Assembly: GCF_006345805.1 (NCBI RefSeq)
Contig: NC_043017.1
Span: 8,990,001 to 9,054,000 of the forward strand
From: Octopus sinensis
Taxonomy: Eukaryota
Reading direction: 5' to 3'
Length of the DNA: 64,000 bases
The first letter of the stretch is position 1. Each line of letters begins with the position of its first letter. The position numbers were made by a program, and so were the translations under genes. Under the pieces are notes generated by a model. The model was not told where the DNA came from and searched no databases. It worked only from the letters and a program-made list of their open reading frames with translations. Positions 1 through 12,960 of the stretch are shown here, piece after piece.

Positions 1-135
1 TATGAAATACACTCACAGAGGCTTTGATCACCCCAGGGCTATAGTAGATGACACTTGCCCAAGGTGCTATGCAGTGGGATTGAACCTGGAACCATGTGGT
101 TGAGAAGCAAGCTTCTTACCACACAGCCACCCCTG
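1..135 (-). mobile_element. tRNA-headed SINE family A (CORE-like, octopus OR-type), partial
   Basis: The reverse complement reads ggctgtgtggtaagaagcttgc...ggttcaatcccactgcatagcaccttgggcaagtgtc, the family repeated across the window. Confidence 0.75.
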
Positions 136-954
136 TGAATTTTTGGACCTTGCCTCCTTCTGTTTATTAGTGAGAGGCTAAATAGATTTTTTTGTTTTTG
201 TAATTGGTTTACAAGACCTTGATGTGAATTCATGTGTTGAAACAGATTTTCTTGTATGTCAGGAGGGTCATTATGTCAATAATAAACACATGCACTGGTT
301 ATATTTCACTTCTTGTGTTATTGTTACTCAATTTGTTAGCATTTAGCTTGTTAATCAATCAACCAAAAACACACCTGGAATAGATGAAGGTATGTCATCT
401 TTGCTGTTGTAAAAAACTAGTTTTAGTAATTACAATGTTATTTTACCAAATTCTTCATTGTCTTCAAAATTACTTGAAACAAGGGCTCTCTATATTTCAA
501 TAGAGATATTAATGGGAACAAAAAAGGCAAACATTTATTGACTTCTCAAAACGTTTGATATACTTTGTAACAAATTATAGTTGCCTAATAAAGTACCACG
601 TACCGTACACTAGTCATTAAAAAAGTGAAAGGATTGTGTTGCTGAAGTTTTAGCTCTAGCTCAGCCTTGATAAAACAGATTTATAAATAAATAGAGGCAT
701 TCCAAACATGACCATCTTGTCTTTATTTATGTCTGTGGCCACATTTCTCTTCATTTGGTTTATTTTTTAAGACTACCAAGTATGAATTGAACGCAATTGT
801 TGTTACTATTTTAAGCCAACTCCTTCTAGTGGTTGATGGTGATGTGGTGGTGGTGGTGGCCATGGTGGTATTGGTAGCTGCAGTAATGGGATGGTTGTTG
901 TTGTAGAGATGATTACATAGCAGATTGTGTCTCCTATGTTATGTGATATGGTGA

Positions 955-1227
955 GTGTGTGTGTGTAAAAGTGCATGTCTGCGTATGTGTAAAGTTGTCC
1001 AAATGTGTCTTGTGTTATGTGATACAGTATATGTGTGTGTGTGTGAGTGTGCATGTCTGTGTGTAAAATTGGACAAATTTGTTTGGTATCTTGAGCAATA
1101 TGGTGTGTGTGTGTGTGTGTGTGTGTGTTTTCGTGTATGTAAGTAAACAAAACAAAAATGATGTATACGGGTGTGGTTGTGATCCAGATGTTTGTGTACT
1201 GAAAGTGTGTGTATGTGTTTATATTAA

Positions 1228-1269
<42 letters not shown>

Positions 1270-1440
1270 GACACAAATGTGTGTGTGTTTGTGTGGGTAC
1301 GTGTGTGTCACAAATTCTTGTATATGTACTATACAAATGTGTGTTTGTTAATGTTACAGGTGTGTGTATATGTATATATTACAAGCATGTGCGTGAGTAT
1401 GTGGCACAAGAGTTTGTGTTGTACACGTCTGGTACAAATT
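955..1440. repeat. Degenerate (TG)/(TA) microsatellite field
   Basis: Runs of tgtgtg and tatata; source of the VCVC/THTH ORFs. Confidence 0.9.
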
Positions 1441-2280
1441 GTGTGCATGTGAGAGAGACTTCATGCATTCCAACTGATACAGGGTTGGGCTTCACTGAGA
1501 AGTCATCATGAACAGATTTTAGAGATAGCACACAGATGGGGAGGGAACCCAGGAGGGGGTGGGATGGAGAGAGCAGTCACAGTTTTGACCGCGATTTTTT
1601 TTTTTGTTTATTTTGGTAGAACACCTGATAACCTTTGCACTGGTGCTTTTTTCAGCTATTTTTCTTTATTACATCGTACTTTGTAATTTTTTTTTTTTTT
1701 TTGTTTTCCTTTTGAGATCTCCAGATAACCCATTGCTGAATGGGAAGAAATGTTCTGCATAGATTGACACTTGACGCTGTTTTCTGGCATCTAACGTGTG
1801 AGTGATACAGAGAGTGGAGAGAGAAGAAACCCCAAAAGAAAAAAAACAACTTCATGCAGGGAGGAAGAAGGGAGTTCTAATATTTCTGTGGGCAGAACTC
1901 TACCTTGTTGCTGCCACCCCCACCCCCGTTATCAGGGTGGGGAGCAAAAAGGGAGAGAGATGTCAGTTTGGTGTTGTAGGGATAAATAGATCAGGAGTAG
2001 TGGTGGGAGTGGGAAAATATTATTATAACAGTGAAGAATGAGGGAGGAAGTAATGGGGGAGAGTGAAGAGTGAGGGGAAAGTATTGGCTCTTTGAGTTCC
2101 TAACTTACTCTTTCTCTCTCTGCATAGGATGCTGCTGTGGTACAAGGGCAGCTCCCAGATGGTGCCAAGTTCTTGTGTACTCTCTTTCTCTCTAATAAAT
2201 AGTTTATATAATTTATTAGATTTGAAAACTACTGGCCAGGAGGTGGTAAGAACAGAAGGGAAAGAACCTTACAGATACAT

Positions 2281-2865
2281 CATCATCATCATCATCCTTT
2301 AACATCTGTTTTCCATTCTGGTATGGTTTGGACAGTTTGACAGAAGGTGGTCACCTAGAGAGTTGCTCGGGCTCCACTTTCTCTGTTTTGGCATGGATGG
2401 TTGCTACAGCTGGACACCCTTCCTCACACCGGTCACTTTATAGAGTGTACCGAGTGCTTTTACATGGCACTGGCATGAATGCTTCTACGTGGCACCAGCA
2501 TGGATGCTTGTACATGGCACCCCTACCCATGAGCCCACAAAGCTAGGACCTCTTAGTTGAGAGAGGGACGTATAGGACCTGCCTGTATGTATGGACAGCC
2601 ATACTTTTACTTAGCTTCACATGTCTTCTGAAGCACAGCAAACTGCCAGAAGTCTTGATCCCTTGTCATCTCTTCGGTGAGGCCCAAAATCTGAAGATCC
2701 TTTCTCACTGCTTTGTCCCACATTGTCCATGCGTTCCATCCACAATTAGAGATGAAAACGTCTTTATTCAGCTGTCCTCATCCATACACATCACATGTCC
2801 ATACCAGTGCAATCTTCTCTCTTGCACTCTATATCTGATGCCTCATATACCCAATTTTTCTCTTA
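2281..2865 (-). mobile_element. RTE-type LINE 3' end (decayed ORF C-terminus, 3'UTR, (ATG)n tail)
   Basis: The minus strand gives WDKAVRKDLQILGLTEEMTRDQDFWQFAVLQKT and frameshifted RRLHWYGHVMCMDEDS. It ends in the shared family tail with catcatcat. Confidence 0.75.
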
Positions 2866-3913
2866 AATCATCATCATCGCTACCATCATCATCATCGCTA
2901 CCATCATCATCGCTACCATCATCATCATCACTACCATCATCATCATCACTACCATCATCATCATCGCTACCATCATCATCGTCATCATCAATGTCTCCTT
3001 TCTATTGTCCTATGATTCCCTTGTCTGTTCTGTTAATCCACAGTGGATTATTTATAAAAGCAACCATAAATCATAGGTTGTTTCTAATTTAAACTTAATT
3101 AAGATCCGCAGCATGGTTTGACAAAGAATCTGGAACATTTTTGACTCAGTCAGCTATAAAGAGTGGAAAGTTTCTCTGCAGGTCACTGGCCATGGGCTCA
3201 TTTCTGCTTCGCCAGTTCTTACATTGCTCTCTTCTGTGACATAGAACAGGTTAGTGTTATTGTATAACTGTTCTCTCCCCGCCACCATTTCTATGTCATT
3301 GTACTTTGCTCTCTCTCTCTTTGTCTTTCTACCTTTCTCTCTCTCTCTCTCTCCTTCTTATTCTCTCTCTGTCTTGACCCTTTGTTTCCCACTTCCTTCC
3401 TTCTCTCAATTACATTGTCTCGTTTCTCTTCCGTTCTGCTCATTCCCTCCACCTACCTCCCACCCCACTCCAGACAAACTCTGGTTTTCTCTCTTCCTCT
3501 TCCTTCCCTCTCACTCTCTTAGTTCTTCTTCCACACCCCCACTTTCTGCTCTCTCTCTCTATGTACATGTGTCTGTCTGTCTGTCCGTCCCACTTCTCTC
3601 TGTCTAGTAAAGATGATATCACACTGCCAAGTCTTGACACTGAGAACTGAAATACTGTTTACTTATTAACACAAGTGTGACCTCACACTCAAAAAGAAAA
3701 AAAATAAGAAAAAACCCCAAAAGCTGGCTCATCTCCTCCCCAACCTCACTCTCTTCAACACACAAACCCCAAACGCATCAACACAAACAACACACAACCC
3801 CCCCAAACGCGTCAACACCAAAGTAACGTCAGCACAACTCACCCTACAATCAACTCAGTCATCGCAACACGCTGTATGATCAACACACCACCAGTGTTCC
3901 AACCACTAATACC

Positions 3914-4149
3914 TATTTCTTTACTACCCACAAGGGGCTAAACGCAAAGAGGACAAACAAGGACAGACAAACGGATTAAGTCGATTATATCGACCCCAGT
4001 GAGTAACTGGTACTTAATTTATCGACCCCAGAAGGATGAAAGGCAAAGTCGACCTTGGCGGATTTTGAACTCAGAACATAACGGCAGACAATATACAGTT
4101 ACGCATTTCGCCCGGCGTGCTAACGATTCTGCCAGCTCGCCGCCTTAAT
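3914..4149 (-). mobile_element. SINE family C, near full length with 12-bp TSD
   Basis: Head ggcggcgagctggcagaatcgttagcacgcc...gagttcaaaatcc and central gcctttcatcc...ggggtcgataaattaagtacc. The direct repeat accactaatacc flanks it at 3902-3913 and 4150-4161. Confidence 0.85.
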
Positions 4150-4559
4150 ACCACTAATACCATCAACATGCCATCTATACCAACAGCCATGTAGTTATGA
4201 AGCTTGCTTTGTAACCAAGCTAAGTGGTGGTCATGGGTTCAGTATCACTATGCTGCAACTGGGGCAGAAGTCTTCTATTATAGCCCCAAGCTGACCAATG
4301 CCTTGTGAACAGATTTGGTAGCTTGTACGATGGTGGCACTTGTTTACGACTGTTGCACAATGTCAAGATGGAGGACCAAACAGAAACCCATGCACGGATG
4401 CTCACACTTTTACTGTTTACTTGTTTCAGTCATTAGACTGTGGCCATGCTGGGGCATCACTGTGAAGGATTTTTAGCCAGACAAATATCGACTCCCACCC
4501 CCAGGACTTTTTGTTTGTTAAAATCTGTTACTTATTTAGAGAAATTGGGTAAAGAGTAA

Positions 4560-4888
4560 AGAACCCCTTCAGTTATGAATAACCATGGGATTGCACCCAG
4601 AAAGTTCCCTTCCAAGGTACAAGTATGTGCAGGGTTGTTTATGAAGGACCAGCGGTCGCCCATGCTTACCAGTCTCCCCTCTCCATGCCACCAATGTTAT
4701 TCAAGGGAAAGGCAAAGGGGCCAATACAGCTTGGTACCAGTGACGTCGCAACTCATTTCTACACCTCAGTGAACTGGAGCAACATGAAAATAAAGTGTCT
4801 TGCTCAAGAACACAACACACAGCCTGGTCTGGGAATCGAACTCACTACCTCGTGATTGTGAGCCTGACACTCTAACCACTGAGCCATC
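4560..4888 (-). mobile_element. SINE family B (tRNA-like head plus retroposon tail)
   Basis: The minus strand starts atggctcagtggttagagtgtcaggctcacaatcacgaggtagtgagttcgattccc (A and B boxes). Related copies lie near 17100-17310, 17700-17930, 22810-23120, 28240-28470, 38570-38790, 44890-45120 and 60890-61110. Confidence 0.75.
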
Positions 4889-6036
4889 GTTTAAGCTGCC
4901 GTGAGTCCAGAGAGTCATCTCGGGTCCATATTAGGTTGGATTTCCCTCCTAAGTAGACTAGAGACCATTTACTAATAAAAGTGTAGTTCCCTCTTCACCC
5001 TTTCCTCACACCCATCAGGGGCAGGGTTGAGGGCAGTAGCTCATATTGGAGTCAGTGGACTCTTGAGTCTGTATGGAAATAACTTCACCAAGCTCTCTGT
5101 ATGATGGGGGGGTGATGAAGAGAGATGGGTGTTAGAGTGGTAGCTGGTGGAGGTGGTGGGGCACTGTTTACACTCCCCCTCCCATCATCTATTTCCTAAT
5201 ACTTTCTCATAGCTACTGGGGTCGGGTCGGGTCGGGTCGGGGGGGGGGAGGGGTTCTGTACTATTACAGTGTGTGTTCTGCTAAGGGCTATGTGTACGTG
5301 TGAGTGTGTGTTTTGTTATGGACAGTATATGTATTTATGAGAGTCAAGATGTGTGTTTGTGTGTGTGTGTGTGTATATATATGGTGTGTGTTTTACTATG
5401 GACAGTATGTGTAAATATGAGAGGAGGCTTGTGTGCGTGTGAGAGACACATAAATATGCGAAACTGTGTCACTGTGTGTCTGAGTGTCACTGTGTCATTA
5501 TGAATATGTATGTGTCAGAGTCAGTCACTACGTGTGTATATATATGTGTATATGTATGTATAAGAGAGTTTCTCTATTACACTGTGTGTGTGTGTGTGTA
5601 TAGTACCTGTTGAAAGATGAGTTAATTCTTCAGTGTCTCTCTTCCTGTATTCGATGGAATTTGTCATATTTGGTGGACAACTGGTGGGGTGGTGTATGGA
5701 GTGAGTCTATATAGGTCTGTCACTACTACTGGTTGTGGTGGTGGTGGGTTTTTTTAAAGGTGTGAGGAGCAGGGACAGGGGGGGATGGTGGACAGGATGA
5801 CCCATCAAACTGTTACATCCTGATGGAAGTGGTTTTTATTTGTTTATTCATTGACGATGTGTGTGTATGTGTACTTGCAGTTTCTCTGTGTGTGTGTATG
5901 CATATCATGTGTGCATGTACATTTGTTTGCAGTTTCTGTGTGTTTGTTTGTGTGTGTGCATCTATATCATATGTAGTGTATACATGTGTTTGTAGTTTCT
6001 GTATGTACATCATATGCAGTGTGTGTGTATATATAT

Positions 6037-6079
<43 letters not shown>

Positions 6080-6276
6080 TGACACCATGATAGATTGTTA
6101 GCTCCTACTCGCATTTTTTCTCTCCTTGTTTTTTTTCTGTGTATCTTTCTGTCGAAGAGCGTAGGCTCAAAACGTAAAAGACTTTTTCTATTTCTATTCC
6201 TGAGTGGTATACTAATACATTTGTTTGTTTGTACTCCACCTTCCTTTGTCTTTTGTTTATTTTCGTAAACTTTCCC
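6080..6276 (+). mobile_element. Penelope-type non-autonomous element in a (TA)n tract with hammerhead-like motif, copy 1
   Basis: About 200 bp, nearly identical to 22388-22588, with (TA)n on both sides. Contains tcttt-ctgtcgaa-gagc-gtag-gctc-aaaacgta-aaaga at 6144-6181. Confidence 0.6.
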
Positions 6277-7077
6277 TTTATATATATATATATTATATAT
6301 ATATATATAATATATATATATATAATGATAGTAATAATAAATAATTTGGACAAATAAGTATAAGTTGATTAGTGTATTTAAGTGTTGAGTAGGGCACTGG
6401 CACAGTTTAGGTCAGCTGTTGTCGAAACATATGTTGTACTTAATAAAGCTCTAATACAAAATCCATCTCTCATTAATTATATATAGACATATAATGAGCT
6501 TCTTTCAGTTTCTTTCTGAGATCCATTCACAAGGCTTTGGTCACTCCAAGGTTAGAGAAGATATTTGCCCTGGGTGTGGCATGCAGTGGGACTGAACCCA
6601 GAAGCTTGTAGTCAGAAAACAATCTTCTTACCACACAGCCACAGAAAAGAAAAAATAAATACTGGATGGTCATGACTGCCATATTATTGATCATAGGTCT
6701 GCTGCATCAGTTGACCTTGGGCTAAACAACACAAAAGACACATCGATTATGTTGTCTGGAATATTATTCCAGAAAACAAGAGGTTGTATGGTCGTGAATG
6801 GCTTAGTCTTTGATATCACCAACATCCTCCTTATTTGCTGTCCTTCTTCACATGCTGGCATGGGTTGGACAGTTTGTCCAGAACAGACAAACCAGAGGGC
6901 TCTGCCGGGTCCTGTGTTTGCTTTGGCATGGCTTCTGCGGCTAGATGCCCCCCTAATCCCAACCACTTAACACAGTATACTGAGTGCTTTTTATGTGATA
7001 CCAGCACCTTGTTTTCTTTGTTAAGTGGTTGGTGAGGTCACCAAGTACCTGCAAGATAAAGCACCTACAGTGAAACC

Positions 7078-7864
7078 ACTTGGCACAGATTGACCTTCGA
7101 CTTAGCACTAAGTTTTACCGTTCTAGCTCACTTCTGTTTACAGCAGTGCCCAGAAGGAAGGTGTGTAGCGTTTGATCATCGCATTGATCATGACAAAGAA
7201 AGTTGTCATGGTGATACTTGCTGAGAGGCCAAAGCAAAGTTGCAGAAAGTGTATGGAGAGGGGTGTATCAGCTGCACACAAGTGTACGAGTAGTTCACGT
7301 TTCCAAGATGACCAGAAAAATGTTGATAGTGACCGATGATTTGGGAGACCTAGAACTAGCAGAACTTAGAAAAACATTGCAGAAGTGAGGGGAAATTGTT
7401 GAATTACCATCCGTGAGTTATCAAAGGATGTGCAGACTAGTTACGGTTCAGTTCAGTCCATTATCACTGAAGATTTGGGTATGAGGCGCATGTCTGTCAC
7501 GTTTGTGCCAAAACTGCTTTCAGCTGACCAAAAAGATATTCGGGGTTTCAGTTGCATAAGATCTTGATTGCATCGAGAACGATGAAAACTATTTGAAAAC
7601 TTTGTGTAGGCCTCTGAGCAGGTATCACTAAGCTTTTGGCAAAATTTGATGCAGATTTTCTGCTGACCTTTCTCCCTCATAGTCAATGTGATGATCAAAA
7701 CGCTACACATGTTCCTTCCAAGCACAATTGTAAACAGCGGAAGTGAGCTAGAACGTTAAAACTTAGTGCGCATGCACAACAGAGTTCAAGGTCAATCTGT
7801 GCCAAGTACGCTTTAGCTTTGTTACTATGGCAACACTCCGGATACTTATTAATCAAACCATGTA
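7078..7864. mobile_element. Mariner-derived fold-back remnant (two inverted 5' ends)
   Basis: The + strand at about 7243-7535 gives KLQKVYGEG...ITIRELSKDVQTSYGSVQSIITEDLGMRRMSVTFVPKLLSADQK. The minus strand at about 7600-7690 gives QQKICIKFCQKLSDTCSEAYTK. Arms 7078-7240 and 7605-7807 are inverted repeats. A TIR-like end with TA lies near 7864. Confidence 0.8.
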
Positions 7865-8094
7865 TAAAAGTAATTATTTGGACTTTGGGTGTATGTCTAA
7901 TAGTATGCCAATTACACTGCAGAATTCCCAATGTCGATCTAGTGACAATTATATATTTATATATAAGGGCATCCAGCCATAGAAACCATGCCAAAGCAGG
8001 CGCTGGAGCGCAAGACAATCTTTGGACTGAGTTGGTTCTGTCAACCCATCCAACCCATGCCAGCACAGAGCATGGACATTATGATGATGATGAC

Positions 8095-8145
<51 letters not shown>

Positions 8146-9467
8146 ATTCATACACATATATGTGCGCTCACATATCACTGTGATTAATCATCAAGAAATT
8201 TGTAATCAAATTTAGATACGCCAACACACACACGCACCATACATACACTAACATTCATGTTTTCCACACATATCACACACACACATACACACTTTCTGTA
8301 CTTGTATATCTCTGCCACTTCAGCAGTGATAAGCTGTCTAAATCTCTCCCATCTTAAAGCCAAGTGTTCAAAGGAGTAGAAAGAGTACTTCAGATTTAAA
8401 GGGGGCATGGTTTTTTTTTTGTCAATCAGACAGGATGTAGGGTTCTACAAGTACTCCTCCTCCTCTTCCTCTTCCACTCCCTAATCCCCCCTCACTACCT
8501 CTGTTCTTTACTGTTGCTGGCAGATGAAAAGTACAACAGGAGTGGCACCTGCAACTCCTGCAGAGGTACTTCACTGCTCTTCTTCATGGGAGAGGGGGCA
8601 ACTGAGACGAAACCTAGAAACAACAGGAACAATAACAACAACGACGGAACAGTTATGTGATTGCTTGACTCGCTAGACTTAGCAGCTAAATCTCCTTCCT
8701 CAAATTACACCCTACGTAATGTCCTTAAAAGAAAGTGGGACATTAATTAATGTAATCCTAGATGCTTTGTTCCTGAAAACAAAACCATTGATTATGATTT
8801 AGGACCACTGGATGGGGCGGTGGTGGTGGCGAGGCCCTTGGTTTAACAACAGCAGCTAGACATAACAGCTAAAAACCTCACTCAAATCTCACACCCTACT
8901 TACTGTCTTAAAGTAGGCCACATTGGATGATGTAGTCCGAGATGTCTTGTGACCAAATAAAAGAGAGAATGATCACTGCTGAAATCACTTCATTATAATC
9001 TACTGGGTCAGGGTTAACCTAGGGCTTAACAATAACTAGAAATAACAGCCAAGACGTCCCTCAAATTACACAGTCTTGAATTTAAAACAAATGAGTTGAT
9101 TGGGTAATGTAGTCTAAGATAGACTTAGATACTTGAATGAAAGACACAGTGGTTGTGGTTGTCTGATTTTTGATTACAAGTCTGCCCAATTACAACTGAC
9201 CTGGATGGACTTGTCAGCCATGAAAGGCCACACGTCAAGAGAAGAGACCACCATGATGTGTTTTATACGCATACAATTCCAACACCACCATGGGACTATT
9301 GCTGTCTTTTATGCCCCAAAGATTGATGGGTTGAAAATCCATTTTGGATGGATGCACAAGCACAGAGCTGGTGATGGTGTGATTCTTGACCAAATTTGTC
9401 CCCGGACACTGCCCATCCCCTCATTTGTGGACTGTGTCTGATGCTTTGTATTGTTGTTATAATAAGT

Positions 9468-9626
9468 GCAGATGTGGCTGTGTGGTAAGAAATTTGCTTC
9501 CCAACCACATAATTTCAGGTTCAGTCCCACTGTGTGGCACCTTGGGTAAGTGTCTTCTACAGTAGCCTTGAACAGACCAATGCCTTGTGAGTGGATTTGG
9601 TTGGTGGAAATTGTAAGAACCCTGCC

Positions 9627-9684
<58 letters not shown>

Positions 9685-9900
9685 GTGCAGCATACATACA
9701 TACGTTCGTGTATGTATATATGTGAGTCTTTGTTTGTCCCCATCACTGCTTGACAACTGGTGTTGGTTTTTTTACATCCTTGTAACTTAGCAGTTTAGCA
9801 AAAGATGATAGAAATAAGTACAATATTTAAAAATAACTACTGGGTTCAATTTGTTTGACTAAAACCCTTCAAGGCAGTGCCCCAGCATGGGCAAGTAAAA
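9468..9900 (+). mobile_element. SINE family A with microsatellite spacer and 3' module
   Basis: tggctgtgtggtaagaaatttgcttcccaacc...ggttcagtccc...gcaccttgggtaagtgtc, then (TG)(TA)n, then ccccagcatgg tail. Confidence 0.8.
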
Positions 9901-10949
9901 GACACAAATAGATGGTTTTTATCATTTGATTTCATTGTTTTGCCAATACAGGAACCAGCTCTGGTTTCTTCTGAACTCAAGTCTTGGACACTACCCCTCC
10001 CCCAACGTCTAATGCATATATTCTTGAATAAGTCACATAAGGGCCCTGATTGACGAACCTTCCTCTCACTCACCTACTCACTCCATGGGCTTGCTTCCTT
10101 CTTCACAGTTGAATGGTTCTAGCTGGAAGCAAAGGGCAAGGCATGGCGCCATCCAGCTGTAAAAACAATTCACCAATAATAAAAAAAAATACCACCATCA
10201 CCACTAGCATCACCACTAGCATCACCACTAGCATCACCACCATGCAATCACGGAAAAATAAATAAAATGGTGTTGCTTACTAGACAAATTCTGGGGTATT
10301 CTTGCTTTCAGCTGCACTGAATGACTGATTTAATTTAAAAACAAAAATCATCATCATCAGCAGCAGCTCATGTTTTCTTATTAAAATCATTAACTCACTT
10401 GTACTACTTTTTTAGCCATAACATGTGTTTAAATTCGACTGTAATTAGTTGGTGGTATCGGGTGGACCTCCTTGCTGGAAGCATACAAGTCTTATTATAT
10501 ACAGATATATTTATAAAATCATTGGATGCTTGCTTTCCTTACTCACAAACACACATTCTTTTATTGTTTTACTTGTTTTAGTCATCTGACTGTGGCCATG
10601 CTGGAGCACCGCATTAAAAGGTTTATTCTTCGTAAGCCTTAGTACTTGTTTTATCGGTCTCTTTTGCCAAACCACTAAGTTACAGGGCTGTAAACACATT
10701 TAGCATCAGTTCTCAAGTGATGATGATGGTGGAACAACACACATACACACACACACATGATGGGCTTCTTTCAGTTTCCGCCTACCATATCCACTCACAA
10801 GGTTTTGCTTGGCTTGAGGCTATAGTAAAAGACACTTGTCCAAGGTGCCATGCAGTGGGGCTGAGCCCAGAACCATGTGTTTGGGAAGCAAGCTTCTTAC
10901 TACACAGCTATGCCTATATAGATGTATAATACACATACACACACACACA

Positions 10950-11260
10950 CAAGGGTAAGTCAAAGATTATTCAGACTCTTGTTGCTCTTATTTATCAAAA
11001 CAAAAGCAGGAGTCGAACAATCTCATCTTTTTTTCGATATAGTCTCCTCGTTTTTCAATGCACTTCTTCCAGCGATCCACAAGCTTGGTTATTCCATCGG
11101 GGAAGAAGGTTTTGAATTGGTCACGTGGCCATTCATGCACTGCTTCCTGAGCTTTGTCTGTAGCAAATTGATGACCTTGTAAAGGAGGTTTGCACAGTCC
11201 AAAGACTTGAAGGGACAAGATTTAAACTGTATGGAGCATGTTCCAGCAACCTGAACCCCA
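10950..11260 (-). mobile_element. Mariner transposase C-terminal remnant with TIR
   Basis: The minus strand gives LEHAPYSLNLVP (YSPDL-like) and EAVHEWPRDQFKTFFPDGITKLVDRWKKCIEKRGDYIEKK. TIR-like aagggtaagtcaaagattatt at about 10951. Confidence 0.85.
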
Positions 11261-11653
11261 ATTTTTCAATGTGAAGGCAGTGTAGTCAACATAAAGAAAG
11301 CCGTTTGTTGTAAAACAAATGTTACCATCATGAAAACAGTGTCCTTTCTTTCCAATCTTCTGTGTAAACATACCCAGCCATGGTGAAATACATATGGTGA
11401 AACACTACCTTATTTGACATCAGGGTCCACAGGCTGGATTCAGACCTCAAATCTATCATTTGGTAGGCAACCAAATTACCAATCATTCTATAGAGAATAT
11501 CTGCTATTTATTAGTGAACGGGGATTGTTTACGCATAGTCTACACATAGAACCTACTGCTCTGAGATGCATGTAAACACACAAACTTCTATCTGTTTCTA
11601 TATATAATACAGCATCAACTTGACGTAATTGTTTCTACATGTGTGTGTGTGTG

Positions 11654-11698
<45 letters not shown>

Positions 11699-12289
11699 TT
11701 ATATATATATATATGTATATATCGTTAAGATTGGAAAACAAATTACAACCAGATTATATCATAGTATTACTGCAAGAAGAGAATTACGATAAAAATAATT
11801 TACTATCTTTGGCGGGTGTGCAGTGCTTGCTCACCTGGCGCACCCAGAACATACACCCTGCTGTTATTCCATCTTCTTAAAGTTAGGTACTATAAATTGT
11901 TTTTGCTATTAGTCATTAAGAACTAGCAGTTAATTCATAAAATGATACATATTATATATATATATATTAGTCTCAGTGTGTGTGTGTATGTATTCAAATA
12001 TGAGTTAAAAGTAGCTTGAGGCTTGAGGAATATAAACAATATCAAATACACATACACAAGGTATGTGTTTTGCTTGTTCGTGGGTAGGCTGTGCTTATAG
12101 GCTTATATTCTCTTCATTACGCTTGATGTTGAAACACCTGGAAGTCATAGACAAGGGAGATAACTTGCATTGGATCCCATTCAGGAGTGATAGACATTGA
12201 TATTTCGTCGTTTTTGTGACTTGTCAATACTGTATACCTAAAACAAGACCGATGCAAGCTGAAAGCTACATCACTGTCCATGACAATAT

Positions 12290-12575
12290 GGGTTGAGATC
12301 AGGGCTTCTTGAGGGCCTTTGTTCCTTGCCTATGAACGATGGAATGTCTTTCTGAATTCAGTGTTGCATCTGTTTGGAGCTGTGGGGTGGTGCTGAGTCC
12401 TGTTGGAGGCTCCAAGGTGTGCCTTGAAAGTGCTCTTTCGCCCAGGGAAGCAATTCAGCTTCCAGAATGTCGGTAATGTATTGCTGGGTGTTGATTCTAA
12501 CACCCAAGGGCACAAAGATGAGGGGGGACCTTCCAGTGGCTGTCACAGCTGCCCAAGCCATAACTGACTGTGCTC
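12290..12575 (-). mobile_element. Tc1/mariner-superfamily DDE transposase remnant
   Basis: The minus strand gives VMAWAAVTATGRSPLIFVPLGVRINTQQYITDILEAELLPWAKEHFQGTPWSLQQDSAPPH, then IPSFIGKEQRPSRSPDLNP after a stop. Confidence 0.85.
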
Positions 12576-12960
12576 TACTGTTTCAACCAGCTTTGAGTTT
12601 GACCCTTTCACATTCAGATTTTGCTGTCAAATGCAATGCTTATTCATTCTCAGTTTTGAATCAGTCACACATTTTCTTATGGCTTCAAGATTTTGATGAG
12701 GAGGTCATTGTTTAGTTTTGGAATGATGTTGTAGGGTAAGATGTGAGAGGCCAGATCTAGCCAGTTTGAACATAAAACAGGTGGAACATCTGGCCCTGAT
12801 GTGGTCAGTTTGGGTGTTGGGACGGGGCAGTTGTTGGCATTAAGCACTAGTAGTAAATTAGAGAGACTGCACAGGAAGAGAAAAACAATAAAACTTAGAT
12901 ATAAACTAGTACTTAGATTCAGCAAGGATTTGAACTTGTAGGGTAAGAGGATGCATTTAA

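Noticed and set aside
2871-2990. Ser-rich ORF from (atcatcatcgctacc)-type repeats
   Set aside because: A trinucleotide-derived minisatellite adjoining an RTE fragment.
4830-4888. tRNA-like sequences at SINE heads
   Set aside because: They have A and B boxes but no complete cloverleaf and run into SINE bodies, so they are not tRNA genes.
5217-5253. (GGGTC)n/G-run potential G-quadruplex, similar at about 30868-30900
   Set aside because: Ordinary low-complexity G runs with no contextual evidence of function.
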